From an uncultured Candidatus Rokubacteria bacterium (GTDB lineage: Bacteria > Methylomirabilota > Methylomirabilia > Rokubacteriales > CSP1-6), in NCBI GenBank assembly GCA_963754315.1, contig CAVWFS010000016.1:32001-96000 (forward strand): 64,000 bases of DNA, read 5' to 3'. A program made the position numbers and the translations under genes. The notes beneath the pieces are model-generated. The model searched no databases. It saw only the letters and a program-made list of their open reading frames with translations, and was not told the DNA's origin. Below are positions 48,388 to 59,322 of this stretch, in pieces (position 1 is the first letter of the stretch; each line of letters starts with the position of its first letter).

Positions 48388-48437
48388 GGTGTCCTCCTTG
48401 CCGCGGCCCTTGCGGCCCGGCGTCCCCGGCAGGAACC

Positions 48438-49418
48438 CTACCGGACTCGGTACTCCTCGATGACCTTGAGGATGCGCTCCCGGGCGGCGCTCCGGACCGC
48501 CGGGTCCGTCAGATCACGCCCGATGTAGTCCTCTTCGACGTCGTACATCTTCATGAAGCGCGGAGGCTGACCGGGCGGGACCGTCTCGACGAAGGGGCCC
48601 GCCCCGGTGAGCACGCTGTCCCACGTCTCGCGCAAGAGCGCCCAGAAGGCCTCGCGGGGTTTGGCGAAATTTTGAGCGGTCGCGCACTCCGCGTCGGGCA
48701 GGCGCACGTACCAGTTCTTGCCCGTTTCGCGGACCAGCGGGGTACGGGCGCCCTCGGCGTGGATGGTCTTGACGTTTTCCTGGCGCTCCAGCCAGCTGCC
48801 ACCGTACACCACGATCCGGGTGCCCCGCTCGAGCGCGTTGTAGTCCGAGCGGCCCATGTCGCGCGTCTCGCGGCCTGGGACGGGGGCGTAGTTGGAGCAC
48901 GACCAGTCAGGATAGGCAGTATCCGAGGCCCAGGAGGCCGCGCATTGGTAGCGCAGACCGTCGTCGAGGTTGGTGACGCGCCTTGTCCAGAGACCGGGCG
49001 AGGCGCGCAAGTCCCTCACGTTCCAGCGGTGCGGGCCCACGAAATCGTACAGAAATGGCGCCTCGTACTCCCAGTCCTCGGATTGATGCCGTAGCTCGCT
49101 GCCCGCTCGCACGGCGCCGCCCAGATCCGTGGCGAACAGGATCCGCTGCAGGCGCAGCCGCCGGGGGGACAGTTGCTCGGCGGAGATCCACTCCTTGACC
49201 GACTTGTTGCGGTTGACGTCGTAGACACGGGGGTCGCGGACGTACCCGGGCCGGAGGCTTTCCGTCTCGACGTAGCTGTAATCAACCAGATAACAGCCAG
49301 TCATACCGCGAAGGGCCCGGAGCCCCCGGTCGAACTGGCTCTCGGACCCGCTGGCCGGCCACGATAGCAACAGCAGGCCCAGGGTGGTCAGCAGCCACAT
49401 GCCGGAGGACAGCACCAT
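48438..49418 (-). CDS. Secreted hypothetical protein (DUF6607-like)
   Basis: Signal peptide; LQRIL, RHQSEDWEYE, DDGLRY, PGRE..RSDYN. Confidence 0.65.
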   Translation of the reverse strand: MVLSSGMWLLTTLGLLLLSWPASGSESQFDRGLRALRGMTGCYLVDYSYVETESLRPGYVRDPRVYDVNRNKSVKEWISAEQLSPRRLRLQRILFATDLGGAVRAGSELRHQSEDWEYEAPFLYDFVGPHRWNVRDLRASPGLWTRRVTNLDDGLRYQCAASWASDTAYPDWSCSNYAPVPGRETRDMGRSDYNALERGTRIVVYGGSWLERQENVKTIHAEGARTPLVRETGKNWYVRLPDAECATAQNFAKPREAFWALLRETWDSVLTGAGPFVETVPPGQPPRFMKMYDVEEDYIGRDLTDPAVRSAARERILKVIEEYRVR

Positions 49419-49481
49419 GCTGATTAGGTGTACCTAACTTCCAGCGGCCGGTCAACGTCGGGCCGCGACGGACTTCGTCAC

Positions 49482-50102
49482 TTAGTAGAGAGCGGCCAGC
49501 GACTGGGCGTTGCGGGCCTCGAGCGCTTCCAGCGACATCGCGCCCCGGGTCTGGTCGTAGAGGATGCACGGCATCGACGGCAGCGCATCGGGACCGGGCC
49601 AGGTCTCCTGGTCCCAGAGCTTGCCGCGCCGGAACGAGCGGGCGCAGTGGAGAAACACCTCCTCGACCTCGACGCCGATGGCGACGAGCGGGACCTTGCC
49701 CTGCGCGGCCAGGGAGCGTAACAAGGTGGGCTCGCGCGTGATGGCGGCGCGGCCGTTCACCCGCAGGGTGAAGTCGTTTCCGGGAACGAGAAAGATCAGG
49801 CCGACGTGAGGATTGGTGAGCAGGTTGCGCATCCCGTCGAGGCGCTTGTTACCCGGGCGATCGGGAATGGCCAGATGGTGATCGTCCAGCACGCGCACGA
49901 ATCCCGGCGCGTCGCCTTTGGGGGACACGTCGCAGCGGCCGTCGGCGTCGGCCGTCCCGAGCAGCAGGAAGGGCGAGCGGGCGATGAAGGCGCGCGCATG
50001 GGAGTCAAGCGCCGGCAACTCCTTGCGTCGGGCCACCTCGCTCGGCTCGCCGCCAACGATCGCGCGCAGGCTCTCCAGCGAGGTCACAAGATCGCGGAAC
50101 AT
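49482..50102 (-). CDS. Pyridoxamine 5'-phosphate oxidase-like FMN-binding protein (MSMEG_1061-like)
   Basis: DVSPKGD.PGFV, IPDRPGNKRLD, TLRVNGRA, FLHCARSFRRGKLW. Confidence 0.9.
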   Translation of the reverse strand: MFRDLVTSLESLRAIVGGEPSEVARRKELPALDSHARAFIARSPFLLLGTADADGRCDVSPKGDAPGFVRVLDDHHLAIPDRPGNKRLDGMRNLLTNPHVGLIFLVPGNDFTLRVNGRAAITREPTLLRSLAAQGKVPLVAIGVEVEEVFLHCARSFRRGKLWDQETWPGPDALPSMPCILYDQTRGAMSLEALEARNAQSLAALY

Positions 50103-50162
50103 GGCATCCTCCCCCTCGCCCCAGGCGAGGAATCAAAAGTGTGCTACGTCGGGGCTTCAGGG

Positions 50163-51698
50163 TCAAGGAGCCTTGAGCCGCATGTCCTCGTAGGGTGCCG
50201 CAAAGTACAGCAGAGGGTTGAGTCCTACGGCGGGCTCCTCGACCCGAGGACCTATCCCGTGCAGGGTGGCCGGCTCGAAGATCGGCGCGTACGTGACCCG
50301 TTCGTGCAACAGCCGCTGAATCTGGTGGAGCAACGCTTCGCGCTTCTTTCGGTCGCGCTCCTGAGCCTGCTCGGCGAACAGTTTGTCGATGTCGGGATGT
50401 CCGCCATAGGCGTAGGTGCCCGTGCTGATGACGAAGGCTTCCAGGCGCGCCGCGGCATTGCCGAGCCCGGCCGAGGCCCCCATGATGATGCCCGTCAGCT
50501 TCTTGGCACGCCAAGCTTCGAAGAAGGTCGCCCGCTCCATGCTGCGCACGCGCGTCCGGATGCCGGCCTGGGCCAGCGAGTTGGAGATCGTCTCGCCAAA
50601 GCTCGTGAACGGCGGGACCGGGGTGAGGTCCCCGGCGTCGAACCCGTTGGGATAACCGGCGTCGGCGAGGAGCCGCTTGGCGTGCGTCGGATCGTAGGGG
50701 TAGGGTGCGATGTGCAGGGCGAACTCCATGACGCTCGGAATGATGTTGCCGGTCAGCCGCGAGAACCCCATGCGCTCGGCTTCGTTGACGGCTTGCTTGT
50801 CAATGGCCAGGTTCGCGGCCAGCCGAACGCGGCGATCCGCCCAGGGCGAGCCCGGCTTCCATTGCTCCGGGAAGTCCAGCCACCAGGCGGCGGAGGAGAT
50901 GACCTGCGCCAGGCGCAGCTTGGGATCGTCCTTCACGGTCTGGGCCTCGATCCCGATCATCAGGTAGCCGATGTCGGCCTCTCCGGTCTTGAGCATGGCC
51001 AGGCGCGTGGTCCGATCGGGGACGCCCTTGATGATGATCCGCTTGACTGACGGCTTCTTGCGCCAGTACTGATCGTTCGCGTCCAGCACCAGCTCGATCC
51101 CGGGTGTCAGACGAACGAAGCGGTAAGGCCCGAGGCCCACCGGCTGCTTCTTGAAGCCCTCCTCGCCTACCTTCTCGATGTACTTCTTCGGCACGACCCA
51201 GGCCGCCCCGGTGGCGGGAGTGGCATAGAAGGCGAGGAAATCGGGCCACGGCGCGTGCAGCACGAAGCGCACGCGGTGAGCGTCGACGATTTCAACGCTC
51301 TTCACCCGCGTCTGCAGTAACTTGGCGGCCGCTCCCCGATAGCGGTGGAAGCTGAACTTGACGTCTTCGGCCGTGAAGGGATCACCGTTGTGAAAGCGCA
51401 GACCCTCCCGCAGCTTGAACTCGTACACCAGCCCGTCCGCACTTTCCTTCCACGACTCCGCCAGGCACGGCGCCATGTCGTTGCCGGGCAAGGGCTTGAT
51501 CAGCGCGTCGTGCATGGCGTAGAGGAACACGAACGGTGTCCCGATTCCCGGTGTCTCTGCCGGTTCGAGGAACGACGGGGCGATCGAGACATCGAAAGCG
51601 ATGGTCAGTTGGCCGTCCGGCTGACCCTGCGCCCCTACCTCCGCGCTGGCCAGCGCCAGTAACCCCACGAGGGCTGTCCACACTAAGAATCGACCCAT
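50163..51698 (-). CDS. ABC substrate-binding protein, family 5 (peptide/nickel), stand-alone
   Basis: GGAGG SD; LAESW, FHNGDPFTAEDVKFS, GLGPYRF, VRLAANLAID. Confidence 0.92.
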   Translation of the reverse strand: MGRFLVWTALVGLLALASAEVGAQGQPDGQLTIAFDVSIAPSFLEPAETPGIGTPFVFLYAMHDALIKPLPGNDMAPCLAESWKESADGLVYEFKLREGLRFHNGDPFTAEDVKFSFHRYRGAAAKLLQTRVKSVEIVDAHRVRFVLHAPWPDFLAFYATPATGAAWVVPKKYIEKVGEEGFKKQPVGLGPYRFVRLTPGIELVLDANDQYWRKKPSVKRIIIKGVPDRTTRLAMLKTGEADIGYLMIGIEAQTVKDDPKLRLAQVISSAAWWLDFPEQWKPGSPWADRRVRLAANLAIDKQAVNEAERMGFSRLTGNIIPSVMEFALHIAPYPYDPTHAKRLLADAGYPNGFDAGDLTPVPPFTSFGETISNSLAQAGIRTRVRSMERATFFEAWRAKKLTGIIMGASAGLGNAAARLEAFVISTGTYAYGGHPDIDKLFAEQAQERDRKKREALLHQIQRLLHERVTYAPIFEPATLHGIGPRVEEPAVGLNPLLYFAAPYEDMRLKAP

Positions 51699-51875
51699 CG
51701 CGCACCTCCATGTGTCGGCCGTTAGCTTGTTCAGGCCCGGCGCGCGAAGGAGGGCAGGGGGCCCGGACCCGAGGCCTGGCATGGCGCATCGTTGCCTCTC
51801 TGCGGGAACGCTCGGTCGGGACGGTGCGGCGACTCTGCCCCGAGCCGCCGCCCTCGTCAAGGAATTCGTTTCGCG

Positions 51876-52673
51876 TCACCGGGCGGACGCGGTGTCACCC
51901 TCGCGAGCGATCGCGTACCAGGGGCAGACGAGGCGCTCGACCAGCTCCACCAGGCCGAACAGACCGACGGCCAGCAGGGCGAGGATGCCCATGGCCCCGA
52001 AGGCTAGGTTGGACTTCCAGTAGGACGTGGCGGAGAGGATGACATAGCCCAGCCCCTTGTCGGAGCCGACGAACTCGCCCACCACCGCGCCGATCACGGC
52101 CAGGGTCACGGCCACCTTGAGGCCGCTGAAGAAGAACGGCAAGGCCATCGGGAAGCGGACCTTCACGAAGGTCTTGAGGGCACTGGCGCGATAGGAGCGG
52201 CTCAGGTCGAGCAGTTCGGGAGGCGTGGCGGCCAGACCCGTAGCCGTGTCCACCACCACAGGAAAGAAGGCGACCAGGAAGGCCACCACGACCTTGGAGA
52301 CTTCGCCGGCTCCCAGCAGAAGCAGCAGAACGGGTGCGATGGCGACCTTCGGCACCGCCTGCGCCACGACCAGCAAGGGGTAGATCGCCCGACGCAGGAA
52401 GGGGGAGTAGACGATGACGACCGCGAGGGGGGTGCCGACGACGATCGAGAGCGCGAAGCCGGCCAGGGTCTCGTAGAGCGTCACCCACGTGTGACCAAGC
52501 AGACGCCAGCGCCACTCCCACGTCTCGGCGATGATCCCAAAAGGAGCGGGAACCACGAAGGTCGGGATCTTGAAGACGCGATAGACAAGCTCCCACACGA
52601 TCACGATCCCAATCATGACGCCTGCCGGCAGCAGGATCGCCTTGAGGCGGCTCTCGCCACCGCTCCCTGTCAT
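51876..52673 (-). CDS. ABC permease, NitT/TauT family
   Basis: QAVPKVAIAP, FFPVVV, ALPFFFSGLK, GAVVGEF...GLG. Confidence 0.92.
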   Translation of the reverse strand: MTGSGGESRLKAILLPAGVMIGIVIVWELVYRVFKIPTFVVPAPFGIIAETWEWRWRLLGHTWVTLYETLAGFALSIVVGTPLAVVIVYSPFLRRAIYPLLVVAQAVPKVAIAPVLLLLLGAGEVSKVVVAFLVAFFPVVVDTATGLAATPPELLDLSRSYRASALKTFVKVRFPMALPFFFSGLKVAVTLAVIGAVVGEFVGSDKGLGYVILSATSYWKSNLAFGAMGILALLAVGLFGLVELVERLVCPWYAIAREGDTASAR

Positions 52674-53965
52674 GGCCGAATCCATCCGCGCATGAATTGT
52701 GGATCGCGCCAGTCCCAGAGCCGGCCGGGATCCCGGTCTATGGGTACAGGGTTGTTGTTCCAGGCGTATCCCTGGCGGCTGGTTGCTGCTCGTCCGTGGA
52801 TCAGGACGCTCACCAGGAGCGACGCTGCGAAGCCGATCGTCAGAGCGCGTGCCCCGATCCCCCCCGACCACGACAGCTTCGCCACGACGGGTGCCAGGAA
52901 GTACACGAGGTAGGGCAGCATATCGGCGAAGAAGCGAGGTCCGAATGAGTCCCCCGCCCACCACGGCCAGATCGAGGACACAACCACCCAGTGCGCGAGG
53001 AGGATCGCGATCAGCCAGCCGTCTAGCTCGTCGCGGTCGACGGCTCTCAGGCGCATCACGGCGCCGGGTACCGCGAAGAGCAGAACTGGTGAAAACACGA
53101 AGAGGCCCCGGGCGGGGCTCGCGAGGTTGCCGGTCATGGCCTCCAGGAGATTATCGGTAGCGCGAAATCCGACACCGCGGTAGTAAGGCGAGAGCAACGC
53201 GCCATACACGGTCCAGTTGAAGGCGGCGAAGGGCACCAGAACGACGGCCACGGCCAGGAGATACCACCATGCCCACGATCGATGGCGCCGAAGCACCAAC
53301 GCTGAGAGGCCGAGGAGAGAGAGCGAGTTGGTTGGCCGGCTGACGTAGGCGAAGGCAAGGGCGAATCCGCCGAGCGGCAGCCACCTCGGCTGCGCGCGCG
53401 CGGCCAGTAACGCTCGGAGCGCCACGGCCAGGCACAGCACCGACGGGGTGTGCTGCCACATCGCGCGGCTCACCGTCGACCAGGCCGCGGTGCCGAAGGC
53501 GAAGACCAGGACGAGAACCACCGCGCGCCACGGCGAGGCGAGGAGCTGAAGGCCCATGCTATAGATGACCACGGCAGTTACGGCCATCAGGACCGAGGCC
53601 ACCTGACGCTCCAGGTGGGCAGGCAGGTTGGGATTCGCGCGGATCCGCTGATCGAGATCAAGGCCCCGGACCACGCGGTCGTACTGCTCGACGACCAGCA
53701 TGAAGGGCATCGCCAGCAGGGAGGCCCCGACCGGATAGATCGAGTACGATTGACGCCCCACCTGCTCGATGGCATATCCCTGCTCCCGGGCAATGACTTC
53801 CCCGTACTCGTCGAGGTTCGTGTCCCCGCGATGAAGCAGGCTGAGCGCGATATAGAGCGACCAGCGTGAATCGAACGAGCTAGTAACGCTGGAGCCGACG
53901 TGGATGCCGAACACGACCAGGAAGACGGCAAGCGGAATGACCCAACGCCGCCGCCTCTCAGCCAT
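52670..53965 (-). CDS. Polytopic membrane protein resembling GT-C glycosyltransferases
   Basis: Many TM helices; N-terminal loop SFDSRW, YP.G.SLL, WQH, RPTN, RGLFVFSP, WWAGDSFGPRF. Confidence 0.6.
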   Translation of the reverse strand: MAERRRRWVIPLAVFLVVFGIHVGSSVTSSFDSRWSLYIALSLLHRGDTNLDEYGEVIAREQGYAIEQVGRQSYSIYPVGASLLAMPFMLVVEQYDRVVRGLDLDQRIRANPNLPAHLERQVASVLMAVTAVVIYSMGLQLLASPWRAVVLVLVFAFGTAAWSTVSRAMWQHTPSVLCLAVALRALLAARAQPRWLPLGGFALAFAYVSRPTNSLSLLGLSALVLRRHRSWAWWYLLAVAVVLVPFAAFNWTVYGALLSPYYRGVGFRATDNLLEAMTGNLASPARGLFVFSPVLLFAVPGAVMRLRAVDRDELDGWLIAILLAHWVVVSSIWPWWAGDSFGPRFFADMLPYLVYFLAPVVAKLSWSGGIGARALTIGFAASLLVSVLIHGRAATSRQGYAWNNNPVPIDRDPGRLWDWRDPQFMRGWIRP

Positions 53966-54731
53966 CGTGTTCGGCGTCGGCGCGTGTGAAGATCAGCCCG
54001 CGAATCTCCTGGCTGAGAGCCTTGAACCGATCGTCGAACTCCATCTCCACTCGACGTGGACGGGTCAGCCCGACCTCGAGTACCCGGGCCAGTCGGCCCG
54101 GGCGTGGGGTCATCACCACCACGCGATCGGCGAGCAGGATAGCCTCCGGGATACTGTGGGTCACGAAGAGGATCGTCTTTCGCCGTTCCTCCCAGATCCG
54201 CAGCAGCTCGAGGCTCATCTCCTCGCGCGTCATGGCGTCGAGGGCGCCAAACGGCTCGTCCATCAGGAGCAGGCTCGGATCGTGGACAAGGGCGCGGCAG
54301 AGGGACACCCGCTGCTGCATGCCGCCCGACAGCTCCCACGGGTACTTGTCGGCGAAGCCGTGCAGGCCCGCCAGCTCCAGCAGATCGCGCGCCCGCCCGC
54401 GATACTCCTCACGGGGCCGGCCGAGCATCTCGATGGAGAACAGCACGTTGTCGAGGACGTTGCGCCAGGGAAGCAGCACCGCGCTCTGGAAGATGAACCC
54501 GACGTCCGGAAAGGGCTCGCGGACCTCCTGGCCGTGAATGGTCACCCGACCCCCTGTGGTCGGCACCAACCCGGCCACCAGCTTGAGCAAGGTGCTCTTG
54601 CCGCAGCCACTCGGCCCCACGATGCTGACGAACTCCTTTTCCTTCACCTCCAGGCTGACATCGGCGAGGGCCTCGACCACGTCGCCCTTTCGCGCGCGGT
54701 AGCTCTTGGTGACCGCGCGCAGCTCGATCAT
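53958..54731 (-). CDS. ABC ATP-binding protein, NitT/TauT family
   Basis: GPSGCGKST, LSGGMQQR, LMDEPFGALD, FVTH. Confidence 0.96.
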   Translation of the reverse strand: MIELRAVTKSYRARKGDVVEALADVSLEVKEKEFVSIVGPSGCGKSTLLKLVAGLVPTTGGRVTIHGQEVREPFPDVGFIFQSAVLLPWRNVLDNVLFSIEMLGRPREEYRGRARDLLELAGLHGFADKYPWELSGGMQQRVSLCRALVHDPSLLLMDEPFGALDAMTREEMSLELLRIWEERRKTILFVTHSIPEAILLADRVVVMTPRPGRLARVLEVGLTRPRRVEMEFDDRFKALSQEIRGLIFTRADAEHDG

Positions 54732-56222
54732 GAGACGGGGGCGGCGTAGCGGTTGACGGGATAGGGCAGCGCCACGGCTGCCCGGCAGGCCTGGGCGACA
54801 TAGGGGCTGAGCTCATCGGCGAGCCGCCAGGCATCGGCGTTGGCCGCCCGGATGCGATCGGCCGCGGCCTGGGCCCGCGCGCGCAGCCGCTCCTCGTCCA
54901 CCGTGAGCACGCGCCCACCCCGCACGACGACGCGTCCCCCGACGAGCACCGTGTCGACATCGGCCCCGGTCTCCGCGTACACGAGCGCGCCCAGAGCGTC
55001 GTTGAGCGGCCGCAAGAAGGTCGAGTCGGCGCGCAGAAGAACGAGATCGGCCAGGCGGCCCGGCGCGACGACACCGAGATCGTCACCCAGGCCAAGCAGA
55101 CGCGCGCTGCCGCGCGTGGCGAGCGACCAGACCTCGGCGGCCTGCAGCCAGCGCGTGCTGTCGTGGGGAAAGCGCACGTTGCCGACCAGCGCCGCCACCC
55201 GCATAGCCTCGAAGAGATTCAGGTTATCGGACGACATGGCGCCGTCCGTACCCAGGCCCACGGTGACTCCCGCCTCCAGCATCTCGCGAACGGCGGCGAT
55301 GCCACTGCCGAGACGCAGGTTGCTGGCCGGGTTGTGGGCGATGGCGGCGCCCGCGTCGCCAAGCCGCTTGATGTCCTCCGTGGTGAGCCATACACCGTGG
55401 GCGCCCACAAAGCGTGGGTTGAGGAGACCAAGCTCCTCGAGGTGGGCGACGGCAGTCTTGCCCCAGCGCTTCTGGGAAGCGATGGCTTGCACTTTCGACT
55501 CGGCCAAGTGGGTATGAAGAAGGGCACCGTGATCGCGGGCGAGGCGAGCGCAACCCTGGAGGAAAGCCTCGCTGCACTGGGTGGGAATCGTCGGAGCCAG
55601 TGCCGCGCGGATCCGACCACCCGAGGTGCCCGGCCAGCGCCGAAGAATGTCCTCGCTGAGGCGCAGCAGCCCCTCGGTTGGCGCCGAGCGGATGCTGTCG
55701 ACCGTCTGACGCAAGGATTTCGGCAGGAGATCGAGGAGGCCAGGCACCGTGTTGTAGAACACGAGATCAGCCACCGCGGGCGCGATCACCGCGCGCATCC
55801 CCACGTCGTCGTAGGCGCGAGCGATGGCTTCGGCGTCATCGGGCCCCGGCGCCGGCAACCCCATGAAAAGGTCGTAGGCACCTGTGCATCCGGTCTTCAA
55901 CATCTCCACCGCGCCGATGGCGGCCGATACATAGTGGTCCTCGGGGGTGCGGTTGGCGTTGAGGGCAGGCCCGTGGTTCAGGAGATCCTCGAGCGTCCAG
56001 CGGCCGGCGAGGCCTCGCAGGAGGTTGTTGTGGGCGTGGGTGTGGGCATTGGCAAACCCAGGGATGACGAGGAAACCGGCCGCGTCGAGGATCTCGGTGT
56101 TTGCGGCAGAGGCGAGGTGAGGCGCGACGGCGTTGATCCGTTCGCCGTCGATGAGGACGTCGGCAAGGGCGAGTCGCCCGCTCTGCGCCGAGGACGTGAC
56201 CGCCGCGGATGAGCAGGGCCAT
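54728..56222 (-). CDS. Metal-dependent amidohydrolase/deaminase (AtzA/MtaD-like), frameshifts near 5' end
   Basis: LLIRGG, PGFANAHTH, HTHLAE, AHGVW, HNPASNLRLGSG, LGTDG. Confidence 0.88.
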
Positions 56223-56226
56223 GGCG

Positions 56227-57237
56227 CTACTTCCGCTCGGGCAGAAGGTCGTTGGTGTAGAGCTCGTCGCCCGAAGCCTTCCGCTTCAGCTGCATGTACT
56301 GGGTGTAGACGTCGCGCGATTTGTCGACGCGAGCGGGCTCGAACTGGCCCACGGCGACTTTCCCGCTGGTGACCTCTTCCGTGAACGCGTAGCGGCTCGC
56401 CACGGTGGCGGCGCCCAGGGCCGCGTCGAAGTCGACCTCCGGGTTGGATTTCAGGAGAATTCGCGAGCCCTCCTCCAGGTTCTGGGGCGCGAAGGCGTGC
56501 TTCATCCCCCGGATGGATCCGCGCAGGAAGGCTCGGAGCACATCGGCGTCCTTCGCGATGGAATCCTCACGGGCGAAGATCACCAGCGAGTACATGTCGA
56601 AGCCGGCATCGGCGTACGAGATGCGCTTGAGGGTCTGCCCCTGGGCCTTGGCCTGCTTTTGCAAGCGCGCCTCGTGGTTGGCGAAGAAGGGGGCGCCGTC
56701 GACGCGTCCGGTGATGAGGGCGGGGCCCATGGCGGCCCCGTCCATGGTGACCCACTTCACGCTATCCGCATTGAACCCAGCCAGCTGAGCTAAGAGCGGG
56801 AAGAGGATCTGGTGACTGTTGCCCGGCGTGATGGAAAGAGTCCTGCCCGCCAGATCTTTCGCCGAATTGATACCGGTTCCTTCGCGCACGAAGATGGAGT
56901 GAGGCGGCCGCCGGAAGTAGGCGGCGATGGCCTTCACCCGGATGTCCTCGTTGGCGCGGGCGCCGGTGAGCGCGCTGAAGTCGGCGCTGCCTGCCTCCCC
57001 CTGACCCACCGCGATGCGCTTGATGGTGTCACCCGACCCCGCCCCGCGAAGGATTTTCACGTCGAGGCCTTCCTCCCTGTACCACCCCTTGTCGAGCGCC
57101 GTGAAGTAAGGCGTGTATTCGCCGTAGGGGAGAAAGTCGAGGATGAAGGTGAACGGGCGGGCCGGTTTGGGCTGGGCGTCCACCAGGGCGACGAGAGTGA
57201 GCAGGGCCGCGACGACAGCTGCCATACGACCGATCAT
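56227..57237 (-). CDS. ABC substrate-binding protein, NMT1/THI5-like
   Basis: AGGAGG SD; signal peptide; DKGWYREEGLDVKI..G.GS; KDLAGR. Confidence 0.9.
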   Translation of the reverse strand: MIGRMAAVVAALLTLVALVDAQPKPARPFTFILDFLPYGEYTPYFTALDKGWYREEGLDVKILRGAGSGDTIKRIAVGQGEAGSADFSALTGARANEDIRVKAIAAYFRRPPHSIFVREGTGINSAKDLAGRTLSITPGNSHQILFPLLAQLAGFNADSVKWVTMDGAAMGPALITGRVDGAPFFANHEARLQKQAKAQGQTLKRISYADAGFDMYSLVIFAREDSIAKDADVLRAFLRGSIRGMKHAFAPQNLEEGSRILLKSNPEVDFDAALGAATVASRYAFTEEVTSGKVAVGQFEPARVDKSRDVYTQYMQLKRKASGDELYTNDLLPERK

Positions 57238-57356
57238 GGCGGACCTCCTTGAGGATGCCGACGGTGGCCCGAAGGTACCATGCCCACCCGCGCGCACGCC
57301 GTGGTACCGTCGTGCCGCCAGGCCTGGACGTGCAGGAGGACGGCCGAGGAACTGCG

Positions 57357-59255
57357 ATGGATGACGAGAAGGATGTCGAAGTGGCCAACCCGTCAGACAA
57401 TTCCACGTTCGCGGCGGTCCTCGAGGCGAGGCTCGGGCGACGTGCTCTCCTGGCCGGTGCCGCCATGGGCCTGGCGGCGGCCGCCTGCGCCCCCCTCGCC
57501 GAGCCACGCGGCAGCGCTGACCACGTAGGTGTGGACTTCGCGCCGGTAGCGCCCTCGACCGATGACACGCTGGTCGTGCCCCGCGGGTACCGCGCCCAGG
57601 TCCTCTTGCGGTGGGGCGATCCATTGTTCCCCGGTGTCCCCGCGTTCGACCCTACCGCCCAGACGGCGGCGGCGCAGGCTCGGCAGTTCGGGTACGACAA
57701 TGACTTCGTCGGCTATCTCCCGCTGCCTCGCGGGAGCCGCTCATCGACCCGCGGCCTGCTCGGCGTAAACCATGAGAACGCGCGCTCGGCGCTGATGTGG
57801 CCACGCTGGAATGCTCAGATCGCCAGCAAGACTCGCGCGATGGTCGACGTCGAGATCGCCGCCCACGGCTTTACGGTGGTGGAAGTCCGGCGGCACCCGA
57901 GCGGCGAGTGGTCGTACGTGCTCGATTCGCCCTACAACCGGCGCCTCACCGCGAACACCCCCATGACGCTCCGCGGCCCCGCAGCCGGCCACCCGCTCGT
58001 GCGGACCTCAGCTGACCCTACCGGTCTCTCCGTGCTCGGCACACTCAATAACTGCGCGGGCGGAGTCACGCCGTGGGGGACCATCCTGACCGGCGAGGAG
58101 AACCTGTGGGTCTACTTCGACGGCAAGCCTGACGAGCTTGCCGACGAGAGCTTGCGCGCATTGCACAAGCGCTACGGGGTAGGAGGCGGCCGCTACGGCT
58201 GGGGTGCTCACCACGGCCGTTTCGATGTTCGCCGGGAGCCGAACGAGCCGAACCGTTTCGGATGGGTTGTCGAGATCGACCCGTACGATTCGAGCTCGGT
58301 CCCTGTGAAGCACACAGCGCTTGGTCGCATGGCGCACGAGGGCGCCACCGTCGCCATCTCGAAGCGCGGGCGGCCTGTGGTCTATATGGGCGACGACGCG
58401 CGGTTCGAATACCTTTACAAGTTCGTTGCCGACGGTCGCTACGATCCCGACGATCGCGCCGGCGCAATGCGCCTCCTCGAGCGCGGCACCCTCTGGGTGG
58501 CGCGGTTCCGCGACGATGGCACCGGGGAATGGCTGCCGCTGGTCATGGGCAGCGGCCCCCTCACCGAGGCGGCCGGGTTCCACTCCCAGGCCGATGTCGT
58601 GATCAACGCGCGTCGGGCGGCCGACCTGCTGGGCGCGACGAAGATGGATCGTCCGGAGGACGTGGAACCAAGCCCGGTGACCGGGAAGGTCTACGTCGTG
58701 ATGACGGGCAACGAGCGGCGCACGGCGGCACAGCTCGACAAGGCCAACCCGCGGGCGAGCGTGAAGTACGGCCACATCATCGAGCTGCTCGAGGATGGCG
58801 GCGACCATACGGCCCCGCGCTTCCGCTGGGAGATGTTCATCCTGGCCGGCGACCCTCGCGAGCCAGCGCATCGAGCGGCGTACCAGGGTCGAACTGACGT
58901 GAATCCGTTCGCGATGCCCGACAACATCGGGTTCGACGACCGCGGTCGCCTGTGGGTCACGACGGATGGAAACGACGAGACCTTGGGCCCGAACGACGGC
59001 GTGTGGGTGGTGGACACCGAAGGTCCCGACCGCGGCCGCGCTCGCCAGTTCCTCTCAGGCCCGATCGGAGCCGAGCTGTGCGGCCCGGCCTTCACGCCGG
59101 ACTACCGTACGGTCTTCGTGGCCGTCCAGCATCCGGGCAGCGTCCCCAAGGTTACCTACGATAAGCCGGGCAGCCGATTCCCCGACTACCGACCCGACAT
59201 GCCGCCACGACCCTCCGTGCTGGCGATCTACCGCGAGGCGGGGTCGTCCCGGTAG
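57357..59255 (+). CDS. phoX: PhoX-family alkaline phosphatase
   Basis: GRRALL Tat-like leader; VNHE, NNCAGGVTPWGT.LTGEEN, GRMAHE, MDRPED, GAELCGP, VQHPG. Confidence 0.92.
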   Translation: MDDEKDVEVANPSDNSTFAAVLEARLGRRALLAGAAMGLAAAACAPLAEPRGSADHVGVDFAPVAPSTDDTLVVPRGYRAQVLLRWGDPLFPGVPAFDPTAQTAAAQARQFGYDNDFVGYLPLPRGSRSSTRGLLGVNHENARSALMWPRWNAQIASKTRAMVDVEIAAHGFTVVEVRRHPSGEWSYVLDSPYNRRLTANTPMTLRGPAAGHPLVRTSADPTGLSVLGTLNNCAGGVTPWGTILTGEENLWVYFDGKPDELADESLRALHKRYGVGGGRYGWGAHHGRFDVRREPNEPNRFGWVVEIDPYDSSSVPVKHTALGRMAHEGATVAISKRGRPVVYMGDDARFEYLYKFVADGRYDPDDRAGAMRLLERGTLWVARFRDDGTGEWLPLVMGSGPLTEAAGFHSQADVVINARRAADLLGATKMDRPEDVEPSPVTGKVYVVMTGNERRTAAQLDKANPRASVKYGHIIELLEDGGDHTAPRFRWEMFILAGDPREPAHRAAYQGRTDVNPFAMPDNIGFDDRGRLWVTTDGNDETLGPNDGVWVVDTEGPDRGRARQFLSGPIGAELCGPAFTPDYRTVFVAVQHPGSVPKVTYDKPGSRFPDYRPDMPPRPSVLAIYREAGSSR

Positions 59256-59322
59256 GCAGCGTCGTGGCCCCTCGATCAGGATTGCGGGCGCGAAGGCTGG
59301 TGACGAGCACCCGTACGGCAGC

